Source of the DNA: Trueperaceae bacterium
Lineage (GTDB): Bacteria; Deinococcota; Deinococci; Deinococcales; Trueperaceae
Assembly (NCBI GenBank): GCA_965213705.1
Contig: OZ243913.1
Span: forward strand, 4,096,001-4,160,000
Length of the DNA: 64,000 nucleotides
Direction of reading: 5' to 3'
Shown here: positions 46,913 through 57,403 of the stretch, piece by piece
How the letters are laid out: each line of letters begins with the position of its first letter
Position numbering within the stretch: the stretch's first letter is position 1
Notes under the pieces: model-generated
What the model saw: only the letters and a program-made list of their open reading frames with translations
The model's database searches: none
What the model was told of the DNA's origin: nothing
Program-made: the position numbers and the translations under genes

Positions 46913-49812
46913 CAGAACGCCTCTTCAGCGAAGGTGTAGGTCTGAAGCCGCCGCTTGCGCCGCTGGGGGCCGTGACCGATGGTGAGGTCACGGCGGCTCG
47001 TTCCGTCGGGCAATTTACCGAGAATGCGCTGGTACTCACGTTTGGGCAAGGCGACCGCTTCTTCTTGATACAAGCCGACGGGCTCGAGTTCGTCTTTGTC
47101 CTCGCGCACTTCAAAGGCGGGGTGACCTTTGAGCAGGTGCGTGTGGTCGCGGCACCAGGCGAGGAGCTTGGGGTAATGCTCGAGGTCGCCTACAGAAATC
47201 TCCGACCCCTGCCGGTTGTCAATCCGCACGGTTTGCAGATTCTCCGGAAGCTCACCTACAAGCTGCCTGAATGTCTCGTTGGGCAGACGAACTGTGCGCG
47301 GCTGGTACCATCCTAAGAGGTCAGTCGCAACTTTGTCGTCCTCGCCAAGTGCTTCGTACTCAGGGTGGCCCTCGAGCTGCCGCCCATTGGCAGTAATCCA
47401 GGTGCGAAGCTGCTCGGCCGTCTTGTCCTTTCGATAAGGACTCAAAACGTTGCGAACACGCACCCGCGCCGCCTGTTCGCCCTGTGCCTTCTGCCGCTGT
47501 TCAAAGAGGATGCGTGAACGCTTGACCTGACCCTCGCCGATAAGCTTGTGGCCTTCGCCAACGATGGCGAGCGTGTCGCCCGCTTGCATCACCCAGCCTC
47601 GCGCTGTCCAAGCCTTGAGCCCGTCGGGTGCTCGGAGTGCAGTCGGTAGCGATGCGCGCGGCACGACCAAGCGCGCGACCTCATGATGGCGGTGGGACAC
47701 CATCTCCACCTGCACGGGGACATCGTGCTCGAGCACTGCCACGAACCATTCTCGCAGCGCATGATGAGCCGTCTCGCTCGGGACGCTCGAGGTTTGGTTG
47801 GGGGTGGCGTTGCTCGACTGTGGTGGAATTTTCTTCTCAGGCCCGTGACCAAAGTTTGATGTCGGATGAGATAGGTCGTCTACTGCCTCGTCAACCGGAG
47901 TGGGTGCTGCTGAAGAGGCTGCGTACTGCTGCCGCAAATTCTGCAAGCGGTACTGAGCGGTCGAAGCATCCGAAACGCTTTTACGCTGTTCTAAAACATC
48001 ACGTGCTACTCGAGATACTTCAATTTTCCTTGGTGCCAACCTTCGGTAGATTTGGTGCAAAGGATTTCGCACCTCCAGCAGACGCCGCTCGTCAAGTCGT
48101 GGGAGGAGCACCTTTGACGGCGGGCTGCCCCCTTGCAACAGCACCCCCATCCCCTCGGGCCAGTCGCGCATCTCTTCAATCGACAGGAGGGGACGGCCCA
48201 CCTCTTGCTGGCGGCGGTGGTGGTTGGGCCAGTCGAAGGCGTGCTTGCGCGTCGTTCCGGTCGTTGTCGAAACGGCCGTCAGTTCGCCCATCGCTTCGCT
48301 GAAGTAGGTGGCGTCTTCAAAAGAAAGGTAGCGGGGAAAAATAAGGGTCTGCCTCAAGTTGCCGCTGACGAATGAGCGAAAAGCCTCCCGTCCATAAACG
48401 GCTTCGCCCTGCGCGCGGTTTTGTAGCGAAACGTGATAGGCGACCCGCCTCGAGCGCATCGTCGCAAAGCCCTCGCCGACGTTCGGCAGAGGACCCAGTG
48501 AGGCGAACTCGTCTAAGTAAATAGATGTATGCACCGGAAGCTGTCCGCCGTGCGCGTTCGCGGTGCGGATAAGCGCGCTGTCGAGAATACGTTTGACGAG
48601 TTGGAGGAGCGTTTGGCCGCGGGAACGCATAAGTTCGTCCTGCGGGATGCCGATGTAAAGCAGCGTAGGGCGTGCGCCGATGGTTGCGAGGTCTATGTTC
48701 TCTTGAGGATTGGCCGAGGCGGTCGTCGCGTGCTCGAGGCGTGGGTCTAGGAAAAGCTCGAGTTCTTCAACGAGTCCCCGCACCACACCATGACGGATAC
48801 GCGTCTCCTGCTCGAAAAAGCCACCGAGCCGCTCACGCACCTCGGCGTCGGGGTGAGAGCGCACGTAGGCGGCGACCTCGTGGGTGCCCGCTAACAAGAG
48901 TCTGGCAACGCCTGCCAGTGAGGTCTCGCCGCGCCGAGCAAACCCGAGGATGAGACCTGCAAGGAGCGCCCGTTGCTGCTTGCTGAAGAAGCCACCGTCG
49001 CCGCCGGTATCTCGCAGGGGCGTCAAGATATCGGTTATTTGCGCCGCCGTAATGCTGTCTTCCGCTCCCTGCAAGAGGGGTAGGCGTAAGGTGGTCGTGT
49101 CGAAGGGCAAGAACAGTTGCACGTCGTGACCCGCCTTTGCAAAGACCGGTACCAGGTCGAACAGCCCGCTCCTAGTGTCGGGATATTTGAGGTCGATAAC
49201 AGCAGCGCTGCATCTTTGAAGCGCGTCCATGAGGAGGTTCGGTTTGTAATAGCCCGTCGATTTACCCGCACCCGTACCCCCGACGAGGAGTGTGTGGGCG
49301 CAGCGTAGACGTTCGGGTGGGCGGAGCGGCTGTCCACTTGAATGCACCCCAAGGTAGCCGCGCTGAGGATTGTCACGCTCTCCTCGCAAGAGCGGTTTCA
49401 GGTCACCTTTCGTCGCCCACCGCGCGCCGCCGGGAGCTTTTTGCAAGCCCGGCTTTTGACCCAAGGTGGCAGCGACGGCGGCTCCGATCGCGCTGGCAAA
49501 AAACACGCCGCCCAGCAGGGGCCAAGGAATCTCTGTCTTCACGCCCTGCCAAGCTTGCTCGAGAACTGGTTTACAGATGGGGTCTCGAGCACAGGCCGAG
49601 ACAAAGACCACGGGGTTCGCTTGTGGCTGACCCACGTACGCCGCCCAGCCGAGGTCAATCAACTGGGTGAGCTTCTGAATCCATGCCCAGAGCCCCCAGC
49701 CCAGACCGCCAACTAGGGTAACAACAGCGATAACGACAAGGGGCCATCTCAGCGCTGCGAAGCGGAAGTTGTTTGGTATAAATGCTCTTTCGATACCGAG
49801 GCGCATGGTCAA
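46912..49812 (-). CDS. virD4: Type IV coupling protein VirD4/TraG with long C-terminal extension
   Basis: N-terminal TMs, GARWA, GGTGAGKS, IDLK, YLDEF, Q...Q...YG. Confidence 0.9.
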   Translation of the reverse strand: MTMRLGIERAFIPNNFRFAALRWPLVVIAVVTLVGGLGWGLWAWIQKLTQLIDLGWAAYVGQPQANPVVFVSACARDPICKPVLEQAWQGVKTEIPWPLLGGVFFASAIGAAVAATLGQKPGLQKAPGGARWATKGDLKPLLRGERDNPQRGYLGVHSSGQPLRPPERLRCAHTLLVGGTGAGKSTGYYKPNLLMDALQRCSAAVIDLKYPDTRSGLFDLVPVFAKAGHDVQLFLPFDTTTLRLPLLQGAEDSITAAQITDILTPLRDTGGDGGFFSKQQRALLAGLILGFARRGETSLAGVARLLLAGTHEVAAYVRSHPDAEVRERLGGFFEQETRIRHGVVRGLVEELELFLDPRLEHATTASANPQENIDLATIGARPTLLYIGIPQDELMRSRGQTLLQLVKRILDSALIRTANAHGGQLPVHTSIYLDEFASLGPLPNVGEGFATMRSRRVAYHVSLQNRAQGEAVYGREAFRSFVSGNLRQTLIFPRYLSFEDATYFSEAMGELTAVSTTTGTTRKHAFDWPNHHRRQQEVGRPLLSIEEMRDWPEGMGVLLQGGSPPSKVLLPRLDERRLLEVRNPLHQIYRRLAPRKIEVSRVARDVLEQRKSVSDASTAQYRLQNLRQQYAASSAAPTPVDEAVDDLSHPTSNFGHGPEKKIPPQSSNATPNQTSSVPSETAHHALREWFVAVLEHDVPVQVEMVSHRHHEVARLVVPRASLPTALRAPDGLKAWTARGWVMQAGDTLAIVGEGHKLIGEGQVKRSRILFEQRQKAQGEQAARVRVRNVLSPYRKDKTAEQLRTWITANGRQLEGHPEYEALGEDDKVATDLLGWYQPRTVRLPNETFRQLVGELPENLQTVRIDNRQGSEISVGDLEHYPKLLAWCRDHTHLLKGHPAFEVREDKDELEPVGLYQEEAVALPKREYQRILGKLPDGTSRRDLTIGHGPQRRKRRLQTYTFAEEAF

Positions 49813-51143
49813 CCTATCCTCGGCGGTGGCAGCTGGCGCGAGTTTCCACCGGGTGGGAGCATAGGCCTTACGTCACGTCCCGAAGGAAGTTGAGAAGGGG
49901 TTGACGAAACCACAACTACACTGCCGCGCGTGCTCGAGCCCGAAAAGCCAACGCTTCCAGTAGCAGGACCAAAACTTCGAGGTGCCGACGACCCAGCTGT
50001 GCTTATCTGAGCTGCCCCACCCCCACCAGAGCGTAGAGCTTTGTAGAGAAGCGCACGGCCTAGAAAGCCCGGTCCACCCACGCCGCTCGCCAAGCCGCCC
50101 ATAAAGCCCATTACATAGCGCTCCATGCGCAGGAGTAAAAAGAGTCCCATCATAAAGCCGACGAGGATGGTCAGGATGCCGAAGAGCCAACCGAGCAACA
50201 CCCCGAACACTCCTCTCAGCGCCTGCTCTCCCGCCGTGTAAAAAGCCTGGCGCGCCCGCTCGAGCGTGGCTTGAGCGTCACCGGGCAATGGCCCGGTTTG
50301 TCCGACGGCGTCGCGCAAGTCCTGAAACGCTCCGTCAAGGCTCGTAACCGCTCCATTGAAGCTGTCGACGCTTTGCTGCATCGCCTCGTTGGTGTGCTCC
50401 AGAGGTTGCGCGATGCCGAGTTCCACCACGATGCTGACGGCTACGGGCAGGAACACCACCACGAAGAGGGCTCCTAAGTTCATGCGCAGCCAAGCCCCCA
50501 ACCACGACACGGCGCTGCCGCCGGGCATTAGCAGGAACACCGCTGCAAGAGGTAAAAGCACAAGTCCGATTAGGACAGTCATCCCTGAAACGAAGATGAC
50601 GACCGTGTAAACGCCGAAGAGGACGGGCAACATCACCGTGAAAATCACACCTGCCACCCAAGTCACGACTTTGCTTAGAGTCGTTGCGGCGTCGCTCGGC
50701 TCTTCGGCGGCGAGGCCTTCGGTCGTGGCGTCGTACTGACCCGTCGAGGCTGACTGAACGGCGTACGAGCTGGCGAGGAAGCTCGGTAAAATGTTTTTCG
50801 TGTCCTCTGAGGCACTCAGCAACCGGTCGAAGGTGCCGCCACCACTCGTCCCCCAAATGCCGCTCGACCAGGTATAGACCGATGTCCAGCTATTGAAGAC
50901 CACACTGCGCAAGGTAGGCAGCATCGCCATGAGCGCGACGACCAGCAACGTCCGACCTGCCAACACTGCAAGCTCGCTGCCCCGTCCGTACCAAATAGCT
51001 CGAATCATGCCATAGGCGAAGAGCATCGCTGCCAAGCTGTAAGCCAGCGTCTCGACCGACGGAACGATTCCGTGCTGCTCGACGAGCGTCAGCATTCGGG
51101 TGAGCCAGACGATGGGATTAAAGTTGAAGTCGACGGTGGGCAT
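49809..51143 (-). CDS. VirB6/TrbL-like polytopic membrane protein
   Basis: Multiple TMs, Gly/Ser-rich tail, position in T4SS operon. Confidence 0.65.
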   Translation of the reverse strand: MPTVDFNFNPIVWLTRMLTLVEQHGIVPSVETLAYSLAAMLFAYGMIRAIWYGRGSELAVLAGRTLLVVALMAMLPTLRSVVFNSWTSVYTWSSGIWGTSGGGTFDRLLSASEDTKNILPSFLASSYAVQSASTGQYDATTEGLAAEEPSDAATTLSKVVTWVAGVIFTVMLPVLFGVYTVVIFVSGMTVLIGLVLLPLAAVFLLMPGGSAVSWLGAWLRMNLGALFVVVFLPVAVSIVVELGIAQPLEHTNEAMQQSVDSFNGAVTSLDGAFQDLRDAVGQTGPLPGDAQATLERARQAFYTAGEQALRGVFGVLLGWLFGILTILVGFMMGLFLLLRMERYVMGFMGGLASGVGGPGFLGRALLYKALRSGGGGAAQISTAGSSAPRSFGPATGSVGFSGSSTRGSVVVVSSTPSQLPSGRDVRPMLPPGGNSRQLPPPRIG

Positions 51144-51144
51144 C

Positions 51145-52218
51145 TTAAGGACCGTTCAAGCGGATGAAAGCCGTTTTGAGGTCTGTCGTGTCAGCCGCGA
51201 GGACGCCCGAAACGCCCTGAGCGACTCCGGAGAGCGTTTCGCCCATCTGCCGCCCGAGTTCACTCTGTTGGGCGAGGCGCGTTTGTAACCTGGCCCGCTC
51301 GCGGGCGATTTGGCGCTCCTGCTCACTTACCAACACGCTCACCGCGTGCTGCAACTGCCAGGTCGTCAGCACTTGTTGTTGGGACAACACCCGCAGGTGC
51401 TCGATAGTCGCCCCTGAGAAAGCTGCGTCCTGGCGCATCAGGTCGGCAAGACCTTCGGTTAGATAAACGAGTGCGGTGCGCGTCGAGTTGGCGAGTTTGG
51501 CTTTTTCCTCGAGCTTGTTGGCTGTTCCTGGGTTTGGATTGGGAACACCTGAAACAGTAGGTAGACCCAGAACAGCCGTCATGGCGTCGCGGGACGCGGT
51601 CGATTCGCTAACCTCCTTGGCGAGCGCTTCGTTCATCGCGTGAGCGGCGTGCGCTTCAGCGTTCATTGTGGCAAGTTCGGCGATACGCTGCTCGTTCCTC
51701 GCCTCACCGACGGCTAGGTTGGGGTTGGCGCGCGTAGCTTGCTCGAGCCACCAGTCGGGCGTGTTTTCGGGGGCTCGAGGGGCGGAACGGTTCGAAAGAC
51801 GAAGCTCGTCCATGACCTCGCGTACCTTGGCTCTAAAGACGTCCGGACCTTCGGTAATCGCGTTTTGCAACTCCTGTAGTGCCCCGTCAATGGCAGCGCC
51901 GGGAAGGTTCGCCCCGAGCGTTCGCAACGAGTCGCTAAACCAGGTGTCGAAGAGGTCTTGGGCAAAAGCGGCCATGTCCGTGTGCAAGCTCGTGACCAGG
52001 TCTTCGACCTTGCCGACGAGTTGACCGGCGGTGCAAAGCCATTCGAAGTTCTCGTCAGCTACCTTTGTAACAGTTTGACAAGAACCGCCAAAAGCATCGG
52101 AAAGAGATTGAGCGCGTCCCGCACTGGTGATAGACAGAACGCCTACGACAAAGAAAGTTGACAGTAGAAACGCCAATCGTCTTTTTCGCCGCTTCAAAGT
52201 GCTTAATGCTGGAGACAC
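51145..52218 (-). CDS. Secreted coiled-coil T4SS protein (VirB5/TrbJ-like)
   Basis: Signal peptide, helical Gln-rich C-terminus, between VirB4 and VirB6-like genes. Confidence 0.55.
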   Translation of the reverse strand: MSPALSTLKRRKRRLAFLLSTFFVVGVLSITSAGRAQSLSDAFGGSCQTVTKVADENFEWLCTAGQLVGKVEDLVTSLHTDMAAFAQDLFDTWFSDSLRTLGANLPGAAIDGALQELQNAITEGPDVFRAKVREVMDELRLSNRSAPRAPENTPDWWLEQATRANPNLAVGEARNEQRIAELATMNAEAHAAHAMNEALAKEVSESTASRDAMTAVLGLPTVSGVPNPNPGTANKLEEKAKLANSTRTALVYLTEGLADLMRQDAAFSGATIEHLRVLSQQQVLTTWQLQHAVSVLVSEQERQIARERARLQTRLAQQSELGRQMGETLSGVAQGVSGVLAADTTDLKTAFIRLNGP

Positions 52219-54879
52219 TTATCTCACCTCGACTGTCTGGGTCTGCTGGTTATACGCTTCATGTCCGCGCTTTAGTGACAGCTTTTCTTGTTTCTCTATG
52301 TCAACTTTTCCCTGACGCATTCCCTGTGGGTAAAGAGCTGCCAGTTCCTCGAGCGCCGGTAACCAGTGACCGCTGTGCCGTTCGAGCGCCCGGTCGCGCT
52401 CGGCAACGTCGTTCGCGTTGGTGGTGAAGGCCCAGTATTCCAGCGGCCTCGGCACCACCCGGAGCACGTCGCCCTCGAGCTTGCCGTCGCGGCGCACCCA
52501 GGCGAGCAGTTCGCGGTAGCGTGGGTCGGTGGAGAGTCCAAAGTAAGCGTCCATCGCCCGCTCGCTGAGGTGGAGCAAATTTCGGACCGCCTCCGCTTCG
52601 CCCGGTAGGGGCAAAAGAAAGTGGTAGCTGGTGTTTTGAAGGATGCCTTGCGCAGCGTCTTCTGTGAAGTCTTTCAGCGACTGCGTCACGGCATAGGCGG
52701 CGGCGTTGTAGCGGCGGAAGCGGCGATAGAGTTCGACGACGAAAGCCGCCGCTTGAGGCATTTTGAGGAGTGACCAAAACTCGTCCATGACGATGAGCTT
52801 GCGCCGTTCGGGTGTTCGCTTGACCCGTCGCCACACCGCGTCGGTGATGAGCAGCGTGGCGACGTTCTGGAGCTTCGGGTGACCCTCGAGCCCACTCGTT
52901 TCAAAGTAGAGGATGCTCGCGTCAGGAAGAACTGTGCTCTCGCGGTCGAGAAGGTTGCCAAAGGGCGTGTCGCCGGTCCAAGGTTGAAGCCTCAGCGCCA
53001 AGCTGCGGGCGAGGTCTTTTTCCACTCGGCTGGCCGGGCGCTCCCCAACCTCCTCGAGGGTAACGAGCACCCGCACCAGGTCGGACAGCCGCGCGCCGCT
53101 AAAGGTTTTCTTAACGCTGTTTCCGTCCCTGCGCTCAGAAAGAGCGCGGGCGTAGGTCTGCTGAACGGCCGCCATAAAGAGGGCGTCCTCGACCGCCGCC
53201 TCGTTCCCGTCTTCGGCCGGCACCATCGCCCGGAGAAGTGCCAGCAGAAAACCTTTCTTGGTATCGTCCGGCTCGAGCTGGCCGACGGGCAGGTCGAAGG
53301 GGTTGAGGCTGACCGCTCCAGCCGCATCGAAAGGAACGATTGCCCCACCGTAAAGCTCGACGAGGGGCGCGTACCCGTAACCGCGGTCGACAATCATCAC
53401 GTCGCAGCCATGTCCGAAAAGCTCGTTGATTAGAACTTGAGTAAAAAAGGTCTTGCCCGAGCCCGAGCCGCCGACCACGATGGCGTTCCAGTTGGCAGCT
53501 TTGGGGTCGAAAGGGTCTAAAGCTGTAAGGCTATTCCAGCGGTTGAGGAACAAAGCCGTGGGACGGTCGGCCCCGCGCCAGGGTCCACTCAAAGGGACGA
53601 AGTCGGCGGCGTTCTCCTCTAAAACCAGGTGCATGTGCTCGTTCGTGCGTCCGGAAAAAGGGGCTAGGGCGAAGAATTGCTCGAGCAGCGCCACGCCCTC
53701 CTGATAAGGCGTCACGCCGGGTAAGCTGGCAAAGGCGCTCACCGTCACCTCTAAGTTTTGGTGCAACGTTTCGCGCTCGCGGTCACACAAGAAGGCCGTC
53801 ATTCCAATCTGGAAGAGGTGACCCCCGGTGCGCGTCACGTGCAGGACCGCTTCATCGGTTTCTGCGGCTCCGGCGCGCACCGACGCGTCAACGTGGTCGG
53901 TGAACCCGCCTGTGTCACCCTCCGCCGACGTAAAACGCCGCGCCTTACTCTCGAGCGCCCGCGTGGTCGGCCCCTGCGGTTCATGCCGGTAGTCGACTAC
54001 CAGCCAGTAGAGGCCGGGAAGTCCCAACAAGCGTCCGGCCATGCCGACGTGCGTCTCGCCGCGCGGCAGCGTACCCATCGTCACTGCGCCGACGACGTAG
54101 TGACCGGTGCGCAGGTGGTCCCAGTGGTGATGAGCAAGGTCGCCACCTGCGAGGCGGGTACGCAGCGTATGCGGCGCGCGGTGCGGTTCTTTTTGAACGT
54201 AGCGGTGGGGCAGGTAGACTTCGGGAGGGTGGTACTGCGGCACCTCTCCCAGCCGCGCGCCTGGGTTGAAATAGCGCCACAGCAACTCGAACAAGCCTTG
54301 GTCGAAAAGTGGAGTGGGGCCGAAGCCGGCACTTCCCAAAAAGTTGGTGAGGCGCGTACGCACCGCCAAGGCGCGCCGTTCCCAAACCGCCAACTCATCC
54401 GGGCTGAGGCTGGGAACGGTACCCGGACGCCGTGGTTTGAAGCGGCCCGGCTGCAACACGCTACAGGTGAGATAGGCGCGAACTTCCACAAGTTCACCTT
54501 TTTGCCGAGCGGTCTCTAAGAAGGCGGTTTTGTCTTCTCTAAACGTTTGGGCTATTGGATGGCTACTGGTAAACTCATCCTGATAGCTGTTGAGCAATTG
54601 CTGTCTAAGAGGTGCTACCTCAACGAACAGCCGCAGCCGTTCCCCCTCCGGCACAGCAAAGCGAAGAGTGGAGAGAAGCGCACTGTGTAGACGCAGCAGG
54701 TCTTCATCACTCGCAAAGGTCGTCACGGGGAGGCGAAGCTCGAGCCCGACTTCGCATTGGCCGGTACTCAGAAACACGAGACCATTTCGAATTTCCCAGT
54801 AGGGTAGCGCCTTTGCAAGGCCCATTTCTCGTGGGCGGGTCAGCCCCGCAGTAACCTTGTCAAGCCAGGGGAACAACAC
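52219..54879 (-). CDS. virB4: VirB4-family conjugation ATPase
   Basis: GGSGSGKT, LNPFD, IVMDEFW, RRFRRYN, TQS. Confidence 0.92.
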   Translation of the reverse strand: MLFPWLDKVTAGLTRPREMGLAKALPYWEIRNGLVFLSTGQCEVGLELRLPVTTFASDEDLLRLHSALLSTLRFAVPEGERLRLFVEVAPLRQQLLNSYQDEFTSSHPIAQTFREDKTAFLETARQKGELVEVRAYLTCSVLQPGRFKPRRPGTVPSLSPDELAVWERRALAVRTRLTNFLGSAGFGPTPLFDQGLFELLWRYFNPGARLGEVPQYHPPEVYLPHRYVQKEPHRAPHTLRTRLAGGDLAHHHWDHLRTGHYVVGAVTMGTLPRGETHVGMAGRLLGLPGLYWLVVDYRHEPQGPTTRALESKARRFTSAEGDTGGFTDHVDASVRAGAAETDEAVLHVTRTGGHLFQIGMTAFLCDRERETLHQNLEVTVSAFASLPGVTPYQEGVALLEQFFALAPFSGRTNEHMHLVLEENAADFVPLSGPWRGADRPTALFLNRWNSLTALDPFDPKAANWNAIVVGGSGSGKTFFTQVLINELFGHGCDVMIVDRGYGYAPLVELYGGAIVPFDAAGAVSLNPFDLPVGQLEPDDTKKGFLLALLRAMVPAEDGNEAAVEDALFMAAVQQTYARALSERRDGNSVKKTFSGARLSDLVRVLVTLEEVGERPASRVEKDLARSLALRLQPWTGDTPFGNLLDRESTVLPDASILYFETSGLEGHPKLQNVATLLITDAVWRRVKRTPERRKLIVMDEFWSLLKMPQAAAFVVELYRRFRRYNAAAYAVTQSLKDFTEDAAQGILQNTSYHFLLPLPGEAEAVRNLLHLSERAMDAYFGLSTDPRYRELLAWVRRDGKLEGDVLRVVPRPLEYWAFTTNANDVAERDRALERHSGHWLPALEELAALYPQGMRQGKVDIEKQEKLSLKRGHEAYNQQTQTVEVR

Positions 54880-55255
54880 CGACCTCCTTGTCGTTGACTT
54901 TGATTGTCCTAACGCTCAGAGGGAGGGGACGTTGACGTTTCCGTTGCATAACTGCTGGGTCAACAACTAGGGGAATGGCTCTATAGTCTGGACGTACTCG
55001 GTAAACTTCGGGCTCGCTGAGCCAACGGAAGAGGTGCAGGAAGAACTTGTTGGGCAACTGGTCACGTAGCGCCTGCCAACCCTTGAAGGTCAGGAAGATG
55101 AAAGCACCCGCAAACACGAGTCGCCAGCGGCCGGGAAAGAGCGCACCAAAGACGTTGAGGCCGATGAGCACACTAAAGAGGATGACGATAAAGTCCTGGG
55201 GGCGAAGACCCAACAGGCTGACGCCGTGGGTGAGATGGTAGACGCGGTGACGCAT
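54860..55255 (-). CDS. VirB3/TraL-like membrane protein
   Basis: Two TMs, directly upstream of virB4. Confidence 0.6.
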   Translation of the reverse strand: MRHRVYHLTHGVSLLGLRPQDFIVILFSVLIGLNVFGALFPGRWRLVFAGAFIFLTFKGWQALRDQLPNKFFLHLFRWLSEPEVYRVRPDYRAIPLVVDPAVMQRKRQRPLPLSVRTIKVNDKEVGVVPLA

Positions 55256-55264
55256 TCAATAAAC

Positions 55265-55624
55265 CTATTGACAAGCGTTTGTGGCGCTGGGAAAGAGAGT
55301 GAAAAAGAGGGTCGGCAAGCTGACGAGCGCCGTGATGGCGATGACGCCTTGGCCGATGCGTGAGAGAGCGCCACGGGCACCAATAGCCCAAAGCAAACAG
55401 CCGATAGCGAGCACCACCAGCGATGCGGCGATGCCGAAAGTGCTGGTCAGCGTCGTGTAGATGCTGCAAAGAAAGGTCGTGACATCCGCCAGCGGGTCGC
55501 TGCCTTGCTGGTTACCGCCGCCCTGCTGGGCATAGGCGAGACTCCCAAAGAAGACAACCGTTCCATATCCAAACCAAACGTGACCTATGGTGCGCCGAAA
55601 AAGCCTAAAAAACCTTCGAATCAT
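55265..55624 (-). CDS. VirB2/TrbC-like pilin
   Basis: Signal peptide ending AYA-Q, two hydrophobic helices, first gene of operon, GGAGG RBS. Confidence 0.7.
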   Translation of the reverse strand: MIRRFFRLFRRTIGHVWFGYGTVVFFGSLAYAQQGGGNQQGSDPLADVTTFLCSIYTTLTSTFGIAASLVVLAIGCLLWAIGARGALSRIGQGVIAITALVSLPTLFFTLFPSATNACQ

Positions 55625-55729
55625 GGTTTTACCTCCGCAGTCAAGGTAGCGAACCCTTGGTGCAGAGGCGTGACAGGTAGAGCTTTACCAGGAAGGCCTT
55701 TGCAGAGGACGGTGTACTACCTTAGGGTC

Positions 55730-57403
55730 ATGAGCTACCTCAAACTCAACCCCGACATCCGCGAACACGTCAAAGCTGAAACGGGTTCCGACATACCTGA
55801 TCCCAACACTCCCGCCTTCGAACCCTTTCTAGCGGACCTCAAGGAGACCCGGCCAGAACTGGCGGAGGCGCTGGTGCAGGGACTCGAGGTCGAAGGTGCC
55901 GAACTGCCCGAGGAGGTACAGGCGCGCAGGGCCGGACGCCGTGAGGGGCGCAGGAACATCTTTCGCCGAATCTTTTTCAGCCGCAGTTATGAGGGAGACC
56001 CCAACCTCAACAAACGTAAGACGTTGTTCGTCATTGTGGCTGTGCTGGTGGCCGCTTTACCGTTCGCTTTTTTGGTTGACCAGCTTGCTGCCCGGCGTGC
56101 AGCGGCGCGTGAGGCGAGCTTAGCTGCGCTGGCAGTAGTGGACGAACCGCCTATAGTCTCAATTGCACCGCCGACGCCTGAAGAACAGCCGTCACAAGCG
56201 AATGCCGTGGTGGTTGAGCCCGCCGATTTGCCGAGTCCACCCTCGAGCCCGGTTGTAAGAGACGACCTCCCCCCGCCGCCCGGCCTGGTGGACCCAAGCG
56301 TTGTGGGTGCGCCGCCCAACACTGCTTCATCTCTCAGCACCTTTTTATCAGTGGTTGAGCATTCTCCAACCGCCTCACAGCCACAGGGGCTTCGCGTCTT
56401 CGCAGAGCCATTGTCACCACCGACCGCATTAACTGTAGCCACCGCAACCACCGCGCCCGGACAACTCAACCTACTCGCCAGCACAGCACAGGGTGCTGCC
56501 TCGCTGACCCCAAAAACACAAGCGACAGCGCTCAATATCGCAAAAGCGCAACCCGCCTCTACGCCCGCTTCTACCCTTACTGTGCTGAAGGATGTGTTAC
56601 CCGACGATGCAGCCCTGACAACCTCATCCTATTCGACTTCGCTCGAGCTTTCCAGCGCTGAACCGAATGCGTCCAGAGGCTCGAAAAGCTCTTTTCCTCA
56701 GTCAAGCGCTCAGCAAGACATCCATGAAGGTGCCGAGCCTCCAGTGTTACCGGAAGAAACCAGCCTGACGGCGTCCAGCCAAGAGGTCGGTGCTACCCAA
56801 GAGCAGCTGGCAAATAGGGAAAACTCATCTGCGCCGTCTAATGAACCTCCTATTACCTTTCAGCCCGGTGCTCGGATACCTGCACAGTTGGTGACCAGCG
56901 TCGCCGTGACGGAGGGCGTGAGTTCGCCGGTCGTCGCCGAGACACCCGCGGGTGGCACTTGGTGTATTGAGAAGGAGTGTCCTGCAGTGATTTGGCTCGG
57001 TACAGCCAAGCTCTCGCTCCCAGGAAGGGTAGAACTCAGGCTCGAGCAAGCGGTTGTAGACGGTGAAGCGCGAGCGGTGACGGCCACCGCGCTCGACAAG
57101 GACAACCTACCTGGACTTTCGGCGTCAGTAAGTGACTCGTCCCCGACGGTGGTTCAAGACCTTTTGCGAGCCGCCGCGGGCGGTGTGAGCGACTACGTTG
57201 AAGCCTTAGCAAACCGTCAGTCGGTCACAGTGAAAGAGGGAGGCGTAATCATCCGAGACATTGAAGTACCCTCACTCGACCAGTTTCTCCTGGGACGCGC
57301 TGCTAAGCTCTTCGACCTTCCGAATATGCAGACGGCTGTTGTCAGGTTGGCTCAAGTTGAGGCCGGGACGGAACTGAGTGTGCTTTATGGCGTCGGTGAA
57401 TGA
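55730..57403 (+). CDS. VirB10/TrbI-like protein
   Basis: Single TM, long Pro/Ser/Ala linker, PGARIPAQLVT...V.AGT C-terminal domain; TACCTT-N6-ATG start. Confidence 0.65.
   Translation: MSYLKLNPDIREHVKAETGSDIPDPNTPAFEPFLADLKETRPELAEALVQGLEVEGAELPEEVQARRAGRREGRRNIFRRIFFSRSYEGDPNLNKRKTLFVIVAVLVAALPFAFLVDQLAARRAAAREASLAALAVVDEPPIVSIAPPTPEEQPSQANAVVVEPADLPSPPSSPVVRDDLPPPPGLVDPSVVGAPPNTASSLSTFLSVVEHSPTASQPQGLRVFAEPLSPPTALTVATATTAPGQLNLLASTAQGAASLTPKTQATALNIAKAQPASTPASTLTVLKDVLPDDAALTTSSYSTSLELSSAEPNASRGSKSSFPQSSAQQDIHEGAEPPVLPEETSLTASSQEVGATQEQLANRENSSAPSNEPPITFQPGARIPAQLVTSVAVTEGVSSPVVAETPAGGTWCIEKECPAVIWLGTAKLSLPGRVELRLEQAVVDGEARAVTATALDKDNLPGLSASVSDSSPTVVQDLLRAAAGGVSDYVEALANRQSVTVKEGGVIIRDIEVPSLDQFLLGRAAKLFDLPNMQTAVVRLAQVEAGTELSVLYGVGE

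Noticed and set aside
55657..55677. Third copy of the TGTCAC/GTGACA operator at the tra promoter
   Set aside because: Only the GTGACA half matches and spacing differs
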